This document shows, one piece after another, positions 9,701 through 18,151 of a stretch of DNA of 63,293 nt. The position numbers and the translations under genes were made by a program. Numbering within the stretch: position 1 is the stretch's first letter; each line of letters starts with the position of its first letter. Below the pieces are notes generated by a model. The model was not told where the DNA came from, did no database searches, and saw nothing but the letters and a program-made list of their open reading frames with translations. Location of the stretch: positions 1-63,293 of the IMG/VR virus record IMGVR_UViG_3300036980_000702. One strand, written 5' to 3'. The stretch is from a virus (taxonomy: Duplodnaviria > Caudoviricetes).

Positions 9701-12700
9701 AAAATGTTACCCCTGGACAATGTTTTTTCAGGAAAATAATCGTTCATATGGCCGATTTCGTGAGCCATTACCCTTGTGGCTAACTTGGAATCTTTGAAAA
9801 TGTCTGCCCGTAATAAAATATTGCTCCCCTTTTCGTTCGCTTGGAATCTCCCCAAAGCATCGCCCAGTTTTTCTTTTACATGCGGAGCCTTTCCTTCATT
9901 GATTTCTTTTGCCAATTCGACAAGTTCAGGGAGTTCTATTGGGGAACGTTCTGAAACGTTTTGATCAATTGCGTAACCGCCCATATCAGCATTAGATAAA
10001 CCCTTAGGGGTCTTGACTTGACTCTCTTTTTTAATCTCTTGCGGTAATTCTTTGTTTTGGAGAATACCTTTTTTAACGTTATTGATATCTTCATACCCCA
10101 ATGCCAACCCCAACTCCCGATGTCTCTTTGGTTCGGCATTATAGTTTTCCATAACTGCAATTAGATCCTTGTTTGTCTTGGCGATAACTGGTAGGTTATC
10201 GTTAGTCATCCCAAAAAACAAACCATTATCTTTAGATATTTTCTTGAGGTTATCAATTTCTGCCTCGGTTTTTTCTAGCCCAAGATATGCCGGTTTATCA
10301 CCGGAAACAACCTGATTAATTTCCCAAGCACGAGATTTATTTAGTAATTCAGGGGTATTCGGTTTACCACTCTGCTCAAGCTTTTTGATTTCGGACCAAT
10401 AAGGATTTTTTTGGATATATGGATTGAAAGTACCGTACTTTTTAGAATGTCCTAAAAGTACTTTTGATTCCTTCACCAACTCCGGGTAATCTTTAAGGAC
10501 TTCGGGAGGGACGGGTTTTCCTTCTTGCAACGCCAATTTAGAAACATAATCATAAGCAATAGGATATTTTTCTTTTAACCACTTTGAATCTTCTAATAAA
10601 GTCGTATAAGCTTCGGTTAAATTTTCATTTGGTCGATATTGACCGTTTATTCCGTTTTGAATTTTGCCATTCTCCTCGATTGGGCCAAACATTTTTTTGT
10701 TTTGCACAAGATCCCAAAACGTATTGTCTTTTGCTGCAACTTCTTCTAAACCGGAGTTATGGGAAATTTCATGAGAAACGATGTGCTTTTTAGAAACTTC
10801 GTTTTTAATCTCGAAAAACTTCGGTCCAATTTCTATTGTTCCATCTATTTTAGTTGTAGCCTCTTTTATAAGCGATGGGTTAAATTTAAATCCTTTAGGA
10901 GATTTGTTTTGAAACTCTTCCTTCGTCATCTGCCACGGTTCTTTACTACCACCCTCCACAACCTCACCAAACGCCCTAGGATTGGTTTTAACGGGTTGGT
11001 TTGGAGTTGGGGGAGTGTTGTTAACCACTTTAATTTGATCGGATGAAAAAGGAGAATAACTTTTGTTACCTTGTTCTATAGCTACTATTCCATCATATCC
11101 ACTATCAACAAGATAACCTCTTTTAAAAAGTTCAGAATTAAGAATTTCAAATGCTGGTTTTGGAGTTTCTTTTGAAAGTTTTTGACTTAATCCTTCTTCA
11201 ACAAAATCAGCCTGTTTTTTACCCGTAGCAACTTCTCCGTAGCTAAGACCAAGTTTATCGGCAAATTCTTTCCGGGTCATTTCGGTTTCTAAATTGCCTA
11301 ATCTTGTTACGTCAAAAGGTTTTTTAATTGATAAGTAAGATTTATATATGGTCGGATTCTTACCATTATACTCTGGTCTTGTAGCATAAGTTTTGGCATA
11401 TTCGAGAGAATCGGTAAACCATTGATGAGCAGCAAACGTATTGAATCCAGTCTTATCACCACCGGTTCCATGGTAAACAACCAACGGTTCCCCTTTTTCA
11501 TCGACTACTTTCGAATTTTCAAACCACTCTTTATCAACAGGAGGAGAAACAGAAACCGGCTCAGTTTGATTCGGTTTCGTTTGTTGTGATACAATTTTCA
11601 TTAAATTTCCTACATTACCTGTATTTTCGATCCCTTTGGTATTTGCCCCGATTCCGTTAGTTCCTTCAAGAAGGCTAGGGGGCTTTTCCCCTCGGGTACC
11701 TCTAAGACCTTGTTCGGTCCTGAGTTGTTTTGCGGCAAGAAGATTTGTGTCGGCTTCTTTGACATCTTTCCCAATTCCATAACTGAAACCTCCTCCCCTT
11801 ATTTCCATTGTCTGCCCGTCTGGAGTTGTAACTTTAATTATACTACTTTTCAAAACTTCGTCAACTTTTTTCATGGCATCATGGGTCTGTTCGGGAGTAT
11901 CGAATTGAGCAAAAAATTCATCACCCTGTTTGTGAAATACGTCTTCATGACCCAGACTTTTTAAACCGGTAGCCATATTTTTAAGTAACTGATCACCAGC
12001 CTCGTGACCGTAGTTGTCATTAACCCATTTAAGACCGTCAACATCCGCCTCAAGTTGGACCGGTTTCCGAAGTATAGGATTGTTCAATACTTCCTGGTAT
12101 ACCCGGTCATTAAGCATCCCGGTTTTGTCTTGAGTAAACAAGGCCGATTTCATTTCTTCTTGATTCATATTCTGAAGAGTTTCCCGAAGACGATCATTTA
12201 TTCTTCTCTCCGGGGTAACTTCCGACGGTCCCGTCACCGATTCCAATGCAATATTATTAACGTCAGCCGGTAGATTCTGGACTGGTTGCAGTTGTGCTTG
12301 CGGCCGTTGTTGAATGCCACGTTTTCCGCTTAAAGCCAACCCGGTTCCACCCAATAACGTTGCGGTACCAATCCCGGTTAACCCCGCTTGGACAGACTCC
12401 ACCCCGGCTTGTTTAACTTTGTTCCAATCCAATTGACCATTGGTGATAAACTGATCGGGCTTATAGATTACCTGCTTCGATAAACCGCTTACAATCTGAG
12501 ATGTGGCTTCCTGAATACCTTCCGCCGAAATGTTTTTCAGGTAACTAACCAATGATTGTTTGAACGGCTGAGTAAAAGTCTTTCCAAAGTTGCCGAGAGG
12601 TATCTTTTCTGTCAACCCTTCAACCACTCCCATGATGCTTCCATATGCCAACTGTTGGAGTACGCCTGCCCCTTCTTTCTCGGCTTCCTGTGCATACTGA

Positions 12701-13182
12701 CCAACGGCAATTACCCCAAAGGTTAACGGTGCAACTGGTCCAGTAGCCATTGCCCCGACGATTTGAGGGATGGGTTTGACGAGATTAAAAGCACCCTTTT
12801 CGATGTTACCGGATCTCTCCATTGCTACGTCTTGTTCTGCTGCTTTTTGATTCATAAAATCACGGACGTTAATATCAACATCTGCGCTCCGTTGATAGAC
12901 GTCTTTGATCGGTTTGGTTAAGAACGTATCCGGGATAACGTTTGCCATCAACTGTTTTTGAAATTTATCAGCATTGGCCAACCCAGAAATTAACCCCGCG
13001 CCGCCAGCGATTAAACCACGCCCAACCGCTCCAGGAAGATTTAATAGTTGCTGACCTAATGCCGGTTGTTTAAATTTTTGTTCGTATTGATCGATAGCGG
13101 AAAAATCAAGTTTGTTCTCAGGTTTTTTCTTCTGTAAATCTTTTTCGTATTGATCAACCATTGAAAAATCTAATTTCGCCAT
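6781..13182 (-). CDS. Large ejection/polyvalent protein (GGDEF, ART-like, two HExxH domains, LPD38-like C-terminus)
   Basis: DVDGLKWVNDNYGHEAGD...QGDEF; PLVVYHGT...GYDGI; HEISH and HEIGH...ELYAD; IPEYDKQNYNIIP...YLRIPQDYE; last gene of a podoviral ejection trio. Confidence 0.85.
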   Translation of the reverse strand: MAKLDFSMVDQYEKDLQKKKPENKLDFSAIDQYEQKFKQPALGQQLLNLPGAVGRGLIAGGAGLISGLANADKFQKQLMANVIPDTFLTKPIKDVYQRSADVDINVRDFMNQKAAEQDVAMERSGNIEKGAFNLVKPIPQIVGAMATGPVAPLTFGVIAVGQYAQEAEKEGAGVLQQLAYGSIMGVVEGLTEKIPLGNFGKTFTQPFKQSLVSYLKNISAEGIQEATSQIVSGLSKQVIYKPDQFITNGQLDWNKVKQAGVESVQAGLTGIGTATLLGGTGLALSGKRGIQQRPQAQLQPVQNLPADVNNIALESVTGPSEVTPERRINDRLRETLQNMNQEEMKSALFTQDKTGMLNDRVYQEVLNNPILRKPVQLEADVDGLKWVNDNYGHEAGDQLLKNMATGLKSLGHEDVFHKQGDEFFAQFDTPEQTHDAMKKVDEVLKSSIIKVTTPDGQTMEIRGGGFSYGIGKDVKEADTNLLAAKQLRTEQGLRGTRGEKPPSLLEGTNGIGANTKGIENTGNVGNLMKIVSQQTKPNQTEPVSVSPPVDKEWFENSKVVDEKGEPLVVYHGTGGDKTGFNTFAAHQWFTDSLEYAKTYATRPEYNGKNPTIYKSYLSIKKPFDVTRLGNLETEMTRKEFADKLGLSYGEVATGKKQADFVEEGLSQKLSKETPKPAFEILNSELFKRGYLVDSGYDGIVAIEQGNKSYSPFSSDQIKVVNNTPPTPNQPVKTNPRAFGEVVEGGSKEPWQMTKEEFQNKSPKGFKFNPSLIKEATTKIDGTIEIGPKFFEIKNEVSKKHIVSHEISHNSGLEEVAAKDNTFWDLVQNKKMFGPIEENGKIQNGINGQYRPNENLTEAYTTLLEDSKWLKEKYPIAYDYVSKLALQEGKPVPPEVLKDYPELVKESKVLLGHSKKYGTFNPYIQKNPYWSEIKKLEQSGKPNTPELLNKSRAWEINQVVSGDKPAYLGLEKTEAEIDNLKKISKDNGLFFGMTNDNLPVIAKTNKDLIAVMENYNAEPKRHRELGLALGYEDINNVKKGILQNKELPQEIKKESQVKTPKGLSNADMGGYAIDQNVSERSPIELPELVELAKEINEGKAPHVKEKLGDALGRFQANEKGSNILLRADIFKDSKLATRVMAHEIGHMNDYFPEKTLSRGNILGRIAALKKYMKSSLDEEPPVVKNNVIKELKDLSMKWKPFDPKKDPKYTLYRNSSKELYADAVSVLLNDPKMLEKEAPTFHNAFFKHLDKKPEFKAAYEDIQNRLTNPDAVGQHRLEGARQMLKETNPLREEARKRAQKEPLTISDTISKYLIDRDYPILELLNKGIKQGGKSKELGQKAKWNIEETKYIAAEVGAYMDDVSKSVLSPMNDADLNVEDIGVYMLAKRASTERSTIANPRGLDEAAAKQMLKDLSAKLGQEKFGKLESIIKDYRTIHEQLIDRAEESGMYSPELIKTMRENKDYAKFSVAHYLEDKIGGGMSAKIYHQVGTLSDIENPFIATVLQDISMMRAAKLNTAKRAVIDSLKEGNYATDAELGFNGQGMSPKDPKDPNQTVFTVLVDGKPKSYYIDKEIAATFERNPVEATKLAELLSNLTSPIKQILVSRNPIWMARNLIKDFTSTTKNVSQVQLRDVPKLLGYYNKAVREVYQYVFGDYTSADIMTMKKNYMLNPDRIYSGKDVSFDNEIERLSTEWQVNPNQAEQYKGAKGKLKQAWGFLNDVGRVSEMTGKVTGFKYLKNETNLSQQEIGHIVRTRIGTPDARRQGALHQITNNVFMFSNIGKEGIRSMAESFNDNPSRYIWKTMMINVIPKMILVGAAVAGSKELKDLIDKIPEYDKQNYNIIPLAIAENGKAMYLRIPQDYEGQTWSAITWALSHGKFTGDKGALDIVSQNNPYSLNPVLQVAGNLYTYYIKGKNPIDEFRGNPIIPQKQFIAGIGPSTIALGKNSWQSLGGSVIYNPGDYSDRNATEIEKALKMPGLNIFGSFLRYSDKGEQEKIYAQQDEEAKQKAQQSLKVENIIVDSVKKIKSIPDMNNIKTLYAQLKLNKTIGKDETLNEFKNRYHRYAAKAISDSNLSMVLKAPSLERRLEILDGLKQSLSFQKYQQLTFELQKMGVVISKPKKSPSSSSWGSTYKW

Positions 13183-13194
13183 CTTCAGTCACCT

Positions 13195-14574
13195 CTAACT
13201 ATTTAGTAATGGATATTTTTGTTTAACCAAAGAAACAAAGGTAATTTTTTTGGTCTTTGCTTCTTTTAAAAGTGCATCTATTTGAGGTTGAGTTATATTA
13301 CCTGGCAAGTTAATTCCTTGATAAGAAATTGTTTTATTCCCCGGTTTATTACTGATCAAAGACCGCGGTCCGCCGCCAAACAATATTCCCATCGGGCTTC
13401 CTTGACCAGGTTTAAATTTAACTCCCGGTTTATTCTGGGAAACTATTAGTTTTGTTCTCGGGTCCATGACTTGCTCGGTTCCCCAAACTTGGCCAACATT
13501 ATTTTCTGCATCTTGCACCAATTTATTATAAGCTGCATCGCTGCCAAGTCTTTCAATGATCCTGCTCCGATTATTTTTTAAGTCCTGAAGATAATCTTCC
13601 GGCCTCTTATACTGATCGGCCACCGCTGACAAACTATTTTTAAAGTTAATCTGATCCTGAGTGGGTTGTCCCGGTTTCGTTTCTTTGGAGGTTGGGTTGT
13701 AAGTACTCCAAATATCTGCTTCCAACTTCCTCTTTTTAAGATCAAGAAGTGGATCGGCAGTTTCGGTCTTTGGTATAAATGACTTCATAGCATCGTCAAT
13801 AACTCCATTATCACCCGTCTGATAAGCAGTAATCAAGATTCCTTTTCGTGGGTCATTGTCGGGAATTAAGTTAATAAACGATTCATATGCGGCGTTTTTC
13901 TGCCCCTGCAACGCTTGACCGGATTTATACTTCACGCCCTCACCCATCATATCAAAGTAGTCTTTTTTACTCAAATTTTGTGAAATAAGATTACCCGGTC
14001 CCTGTTCTTTGTAAGTATTCCCGGTAGGCATATCAGAAATAGTTTCATATTTAGTAACCTCTTGACCCGGAGTCCAGAAAAATCTCTCATATGGGGTTCC
14101 TTTAAACTGATCAGCAATTTCCGGAGTCATGGTAATATTATTTGCGGCTTCAAGTTTCGCCTTTTCTTTGTCACTATTCAATTTATCAAGCATCGAAAGA
14201 TAATCATTTTTAGAAATAGAACCAGGTAAGGTAACGTCCTTCATCTCCGTCGCCCCGGTGATATTAGTGGGAGTGGTTTCCTTCCCCCATAAGAACGGTT
14301 CAAACTGAGTACCTTTAAACTGATTGGCTATTTCCGGGGTAATCTGCATTTGGGAACCAGCCAGAATATCATTCTGCATTTTAGCCCGTTTTAATTCCTC
14401 ATCCTGAAGCAGTTTATTCCAATCATCCATATTTTTTTGTCTTTGCTGCGCGTCTATTTGTGCTTGTCCCTGATTATATCCATTGTACATATTAGAACCG
14501 CCGCCCGCAAGAGCGACGAACGGAAGGGCATCTTTGATTATTTTTCCCCAATCCCATTGAGCCATATTTATCAA
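13195..14574 (-). CDS. Putative ejection (internal virion) protein with an internal repeat
   Basis: Position, Q/G-rich N-terminus, duplicated TPEIAxQFKGT motif. Confidence 0.6.
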   Translation of the reverse strand: MINMAQWDWGKIIKDALPFVALAGGGSNMYNGYNQGQAQIDAQQRQKNMDDWNKLLQDEELKRAKMQNDILAGSQMQITPEIANQFKGTQFEPFLWGKETTPTNITGATEMKDVTLPGSISKNDYLSMLDKLNSDKEKAKLEAANNITMTPEIADQFKGTPYERFFWTPGQEVTKYETISDMPTGNTYKEQGPGNLISQNLSKKDYFDMMGEGVKYKSGQALQGQKNAAYESFINLIPDNDPRKGILITAYQTGDNGVIDDAMKSFIPKTETADPLLDLKKRKLEADIWSTYNPTSKETKPGQPTQDQINFKNSLSAVADQYKRPEDYLQDLKNNRSRIIERLGSDAAYNKLVQDAENNVGQVWGTEQVMDPRTKLIVSQNKPGVKFKPGQGSPMGILFGGGPRSLISNKPGNKTISYQGINLPGNITQPQIDALLKEAKTKKITFVSLVKQKYPLLNS

Positions 14575-14586
14575 TCTCCTTCATTC

Positions 14587-15348
14587 CTATTTTGGTTGTA
14601 ATTTAATATTAGAGGCCAATTGTCCTAACGCTTTTCCGGTGGCAGCATTGTTGGCCGCCCCAATTTGTTGATTTTGCATATATTGTTGATTATAAACCCC
14701 GGCATTGGCCATTTTTGCATTTTGCTGCATCTGGGCGTTCCACTGATTAAAAGCGTTTTTATCTGCGTTTTGAGATCCTAAAATACCGGAATAAGCCATT
14801 TGATTTTGAAGCGGAATCTGCCCCATTTGTGAAAGAGACGGAAGCATTCCCAACGCTTGAGATTTATTCAACTGAGTAGCATCTATATTTTTATTCCCAA
14901 CATTTGAAACAATATCCGATATTGCCTTATTTTCCCGTCCTTGCTGTCCTCCCCAGTCCATCCCAGCAACACCGGAACCAGAAAGACCTTGGCCAGCCAA
15001 ACGCGAAGAAATTCTATTTTCATCAACAGCAAACTGATTACGGGCCAGACCGGTTTGATCGGCGATCATCTTCTGTGTTTGTTCCGGAGTATAGGCGGAA
15101 TAACCTTCCCCCAAAACATTCTGGGTATAATTTTTACCCATATCAAATATAGGTTGGGATTGATTATTACTAACTAAATTACCTACTTGTCTAAGAGACT
15201 CTTCGTATTCCGGATTACTTTGATATTCAGTTGGGTTATATTTAACAATACTTTTGTTACTGGCCTTTTCAGCAGAGTGTGCTTGACTGGCCGAACTTGC
15301 TACTGATGCCGCTGCAACTATATATGGAATCGCTGGCATTTGCCACAC
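14587..15348 (-). CDS. Putative small ejection/pilot protein
   Basis: A/Q/N/G-rich, LAGQGLSGSG motif, podoviral gene order. Confidence 0.65.
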   Translation of the reverse strand: MWQMPAIPYIVAAASVASSASQAHSAEKASNKSIVKYNPTEYQSNPEYEESLRQVGNLVSNNQSQPIFDMGKNYTQNVLGEGYSAYTPEQTQKMIADQTGLARNQFAVDENRISSRLAGQGLSGSGVAGMDWGGQQGRENKAISDIVSNVGNKNIDATQLNKSQALGMLPSLSQMGQIPLQNQMAYSGILGSQNADKNAFNQWNAQMQQNAKMANAGVYNQQYMQNQQIGAANNAATGKALGQLASNIKLQPK

Positions 15349-15815
15349 TTCCTTTCAAATTCATCTTTAAACATTGACATTATAATTACATCTTCGTAAA
15401 TGTCCCCTCGCTTAACCGATTTTCTTTCTGTTCCTTCTCTTACAAAAGAACCGTCTCTGATATCATCGGGGAAGGATTTGACGTTGCTCGCCAGAGGTCT
15501 GATATAGATCCGGTTAAGATTCAACTGATAGAATCCATAACTTAAAACCGACCGGGTGATAATCCCGCCCAGTCGGTTATGTTTCTGATCGATAATCGCG
15601 ATCCCGTATTCAGCCTTTGAATTTTCATAGTCGATATTTTGCAGATTGGCCCAACCGATCAGTTTACCATCAACCCTGATTCCCCAAGAAAAAACCGATA
15701 GTTTCGGGTTAAGTGGTTCAGTATTCAAATAATAATAAATCTTCGGGTCCGTCATCCATTTTTCAATTTGTGGTCGGTCTTCTTCGGTTAGCAAGGTTAA
15801 ATTTATTGGAATCAC
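15318..15815 (-). CDS. GNAT acetyltransferase (RimL/SpeG-like)
   Basis: NIDYENSKAEYGIAI...GFYQLNLNRIY...FVREG. Confidence 0.85.
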   Translation of the reverse strand: MIPINLTLLTEEDRPQIEKWMTDPKIYYYLNTEPLNPKLSVFSWGIRVDGKLIGWANLQNIDYENSKAEYGIAIIDQKHNRLGGIITRSVLSYGFYQLNLNRIYIRPLASNVKSFPDDIRDGSFVREGTERKSVKRGDIYEDVIIMSMFKDEFERKCGKCQRFHI

Positions 15816-16257
15816 CGCTCTCGAATTCGCTTTTAAGTAAAGAATAAATCATAAGATCCTGGTATTTTCCATTAATAAAAAGGGCTTGTCTCTCCATTCC
15901 TTCATAGACAAACCCCAACTTTTCAGCGCAACTAATACAGGTTTTATTCTCCGGGTAAATCCTGCCGTATACTCGATTTAGTCCAATTTTTTCGAATGAT
16001 TCCCTGAGACATTCCTGGAAGGCCATAAGCCCTCCGGGTGATATCCCCCGTCGATCAAAAATATGAATACCGATCTCCGCTTTTCGACACGGAAGATTAA
16101 TGTTGAAAAGAAAAACGGAACCAACTAAGGTTCCATCGTCAAGCCTGATCCCGAATCGTTGCCACGGAAAAAAAGTGTAAACATCAATCGTGGTCAAAGG
16201 ATTATTAATATTGCTTACAAACTCTATTTCCTCCGGGGTTAAAAGGGTGGCTTTCAT
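15763..16257 (-). CDS. GNAT acetyltransferase (RimL/SpeG-like)
   Basis: KAEIGIHI...GLNRVYGRIYPENK...EKLGFVYEG. Confidence 0.88.
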   Translation of the reverse strand: MKATLLTPEEIEFVSNINNPLTTIDVYTFFPWQRFGIRLDDGTLVGSVFLFNINLPCRKAEIGIHIFDRRGISPGGLMAFQECLRESFEKIGLNRVYGRIYPENKTCISCAEKLGFVYEGMERQALFINGKYQDLMIYSLLKSEFESGDSNKFNLANRRRPTTN

Positions 16258-16469
16258 TTTTTATTTGCCCGTTTCCGTCCAGCGGCGGCCAATTGATTAA
16301 AACGCGCGTTACCAAGTTTTTTACGTCCGATACTAGCGGCAATCGCCTCCGCGCTTTGTTTACTCTTGCCCGTTTCCTGAATTTCATCGGTTAATTTTGC
16401 AAACTGTCCACCGCCACCTAATTTGGTTGATTTTCCCTCATAGGTTTTTGATATTTTTTTAGTTGCCAT
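16254..16469 (-). CDS. Small basic protein
   Basis: 71 aa, K/R/A-rich, stop overlaps the next start. Confidence 0.7.
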   Translation of the reverse strand: MATKKISKTYEGKSTKLGGGGQFAKLTDEIQETGKSKQSAEAIAASIGRKKLGNARFNQLAAAGRKRANKK

Positions 16470-16587
16470 AAAAGATTGCCCCTTTTATTTTTTATTTGAA
16501 ATTAAAGATTATCCGTGGTATATTATAAGTGACATTATTTTCATTTCCTTTCCCGTTTACCACCCGGTTGCCGCTGGGTGGTTTTTA

Positions 16588-16992
16588 TTATTCTTTTAAA
16601 CAATCGGGAATGGGGATTAACTTTGCAAAAACCGTAGTCTGCCAATCCGTGATATACTCCATTTCCAATCTAAAGATATCTTCAACAATGTTTTTAACTT
16701 GCAAAGAACCATCTCTAACCATATAACTAATTTGATCATCGAGTCTTTGCTGTGGCATATGGCATAACTCGTGAATTATGTTGTTTGCCTTTTCTTCGAT
16801 TGGTTCATTTGCAAAGTCATCGGCTATATTAATAACTGATACATAACGGCCTTCGATTGATTTAATAGACATGTTGTAGTCGTTATCCGCTGGAAGTTCG
16901 CTTATCCTGACTTCCCATTGTTCCAACCGAAGAGACTTCTGATAATACTTGATTGCCTCTGCAATTTTATCTTTCCATTCCTGAGATATCAT
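16588..16992 (-). CDS. HExxH putative metallopeptidase
   Basis: IIHELCH motif; GGAGGG RBS. Confidence 0.6.
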   Translation of the reverse strand: MISQEWKDKIAEAIKYYQKSLRLEQWEVRISELPADNDYNMSIKSIEGRYVSVINIADDFANEPIEEKANNIIHELCHMPQQRLDDQISYMVRDGSLQVKNIVEDIFRLEMEYITDWQTTVFAKLIPIPDCLKE

Positions 16993-17083
16993 TTTGCCCT
17001 CCGTATTTTTATGTAATATAAAAGGCCAGGAGTTACCCCGGCCTTACCATTAACACATTTTCTTTTTCATTGGCATGTCCTTT

Positions 17084-18151
17084 TTATGCATTTGGTCCGA
17101 CTAAAAATGTTTGGGAGTATATTCTCATAGTTCTACTAACGCTTGTTGTTGATAAATCATAATTAAACATCTCACTAAGACTATCGGAAGTTAAGGGTTC
17201 ATATTGAGAAGAAACTCCAAGGCTAACTCCATCAATAAAGAATTCAAAATGTATCCCATTCCAAACTATTTCATATGTATGTTCTGAATTATTTAAAGTA
17301 AACACCGGGCTAAAAGTAATGGTTTGAGTATTGGAACCATTATAACAAATTCCTTTCATTATACTGCCATCGAAATAAAAGTCGGCACCTTTTGAAGTGG
17401 TTTTACATAAACCGATATGCATGGAAGTAATGCTGGTAGCGTAATCTAATTTAATTGTAGTTCTCATTCTCATGATTCGTGCGAATGTAGGAATTGTTTC
17501 TTTGCCATTCGAATCATATACCCTACGAACCGGACGGGAAGCAACAAAGTTTGATGATCCAGAACTACCAGTAGAATATGCATCATACTCCAAATTACTA
17601 TACGAGGTCCCATTGCCAGTACCAGTAACTATCATTGCCGATTGGCGACCAATTTCGGGAGTCAATATTAAACCTTGGAATCCATATTGAAATAGATTCT
17701 TATTAAATCCGGTTACTGTTGCCGCGTTCAAGTTTGCAACTTCAGTAGTGCTTGTTACGACCAAGGGAGGGGTTCCGGTCGGAACGTCGGACGTAAAACT
17801 CTTGGCTCGAAGGTCGTAATCTCCAATATCCAGGTTTCCGGTGGCGGTTAATGAGGCGGTGCTTACTGGTCCGGTATGGGTTCCTGTTGTATTACCGGTT
17901 ACGTCTCCGGTCAGATTTCCAGTAACATCCCCGGTCACCGGCCCGATAAAGCTTGTCGCAGTGATTGCTCCGGCCGAAAACTCCCCGGACGCTCCCCGCT
18001 TAACTACCTTATTCGCGGTGTTAGTTGCAACACAGTCGGCGATTAATTGAACAACTGTGTCAAAGTAAAGTTTGATCGCCGAAGTCAAATTATTCAACAT
18101 CTGGTATGTAAGTTTTTCTCTTGTGAAATTCTTTGGTATTGTAAAGGCCAT
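17084..18151 (-). CDS. Tail fibre/spike protein
   Basis: TGDVTGNLTG repeats, GTPPLVVTSTTEVANLNA motif, C-terminal lectin-like beta domain. Confidence 0.8.
   Translation of the reverse strand: MAFTIPKNFTREKLTYQMLNNLTSAIKLYFDTVVQLIADCVATNTANKVVKRGASGEFSAGAITATSFIGPVTGDVTGNLTGDVTGNTTGTHTGPVSTASLTATGNLDIGDYDLRAKSFTSDVPTGTPPLVVTSTTEVANLNAATVTGFNKNLFQYGFQGLILTPEIGRQSAMIVTGTGNGTSYSNLEYDAYSTGSSGSSNFVASRPVRRVYDSNGKETIPTFARIMRMRTTIKLDYATSITSMHIGLCKTTSKGADFYFDGSIMKGICYNGSNTQTITFSPVFTLNNSEHTYEIVWNGIHFEFFIDGVSLGVSSQYEPLTSDSLSEMFNYDLSTTSVSRTMRIYSQTFLVGPNA

Noticed and set aside
5875-18151. Diversity-generating retroelement acting on tail fibres
   Set aside because: No reverse transcriptase, and no template/variable repeat pair was seen
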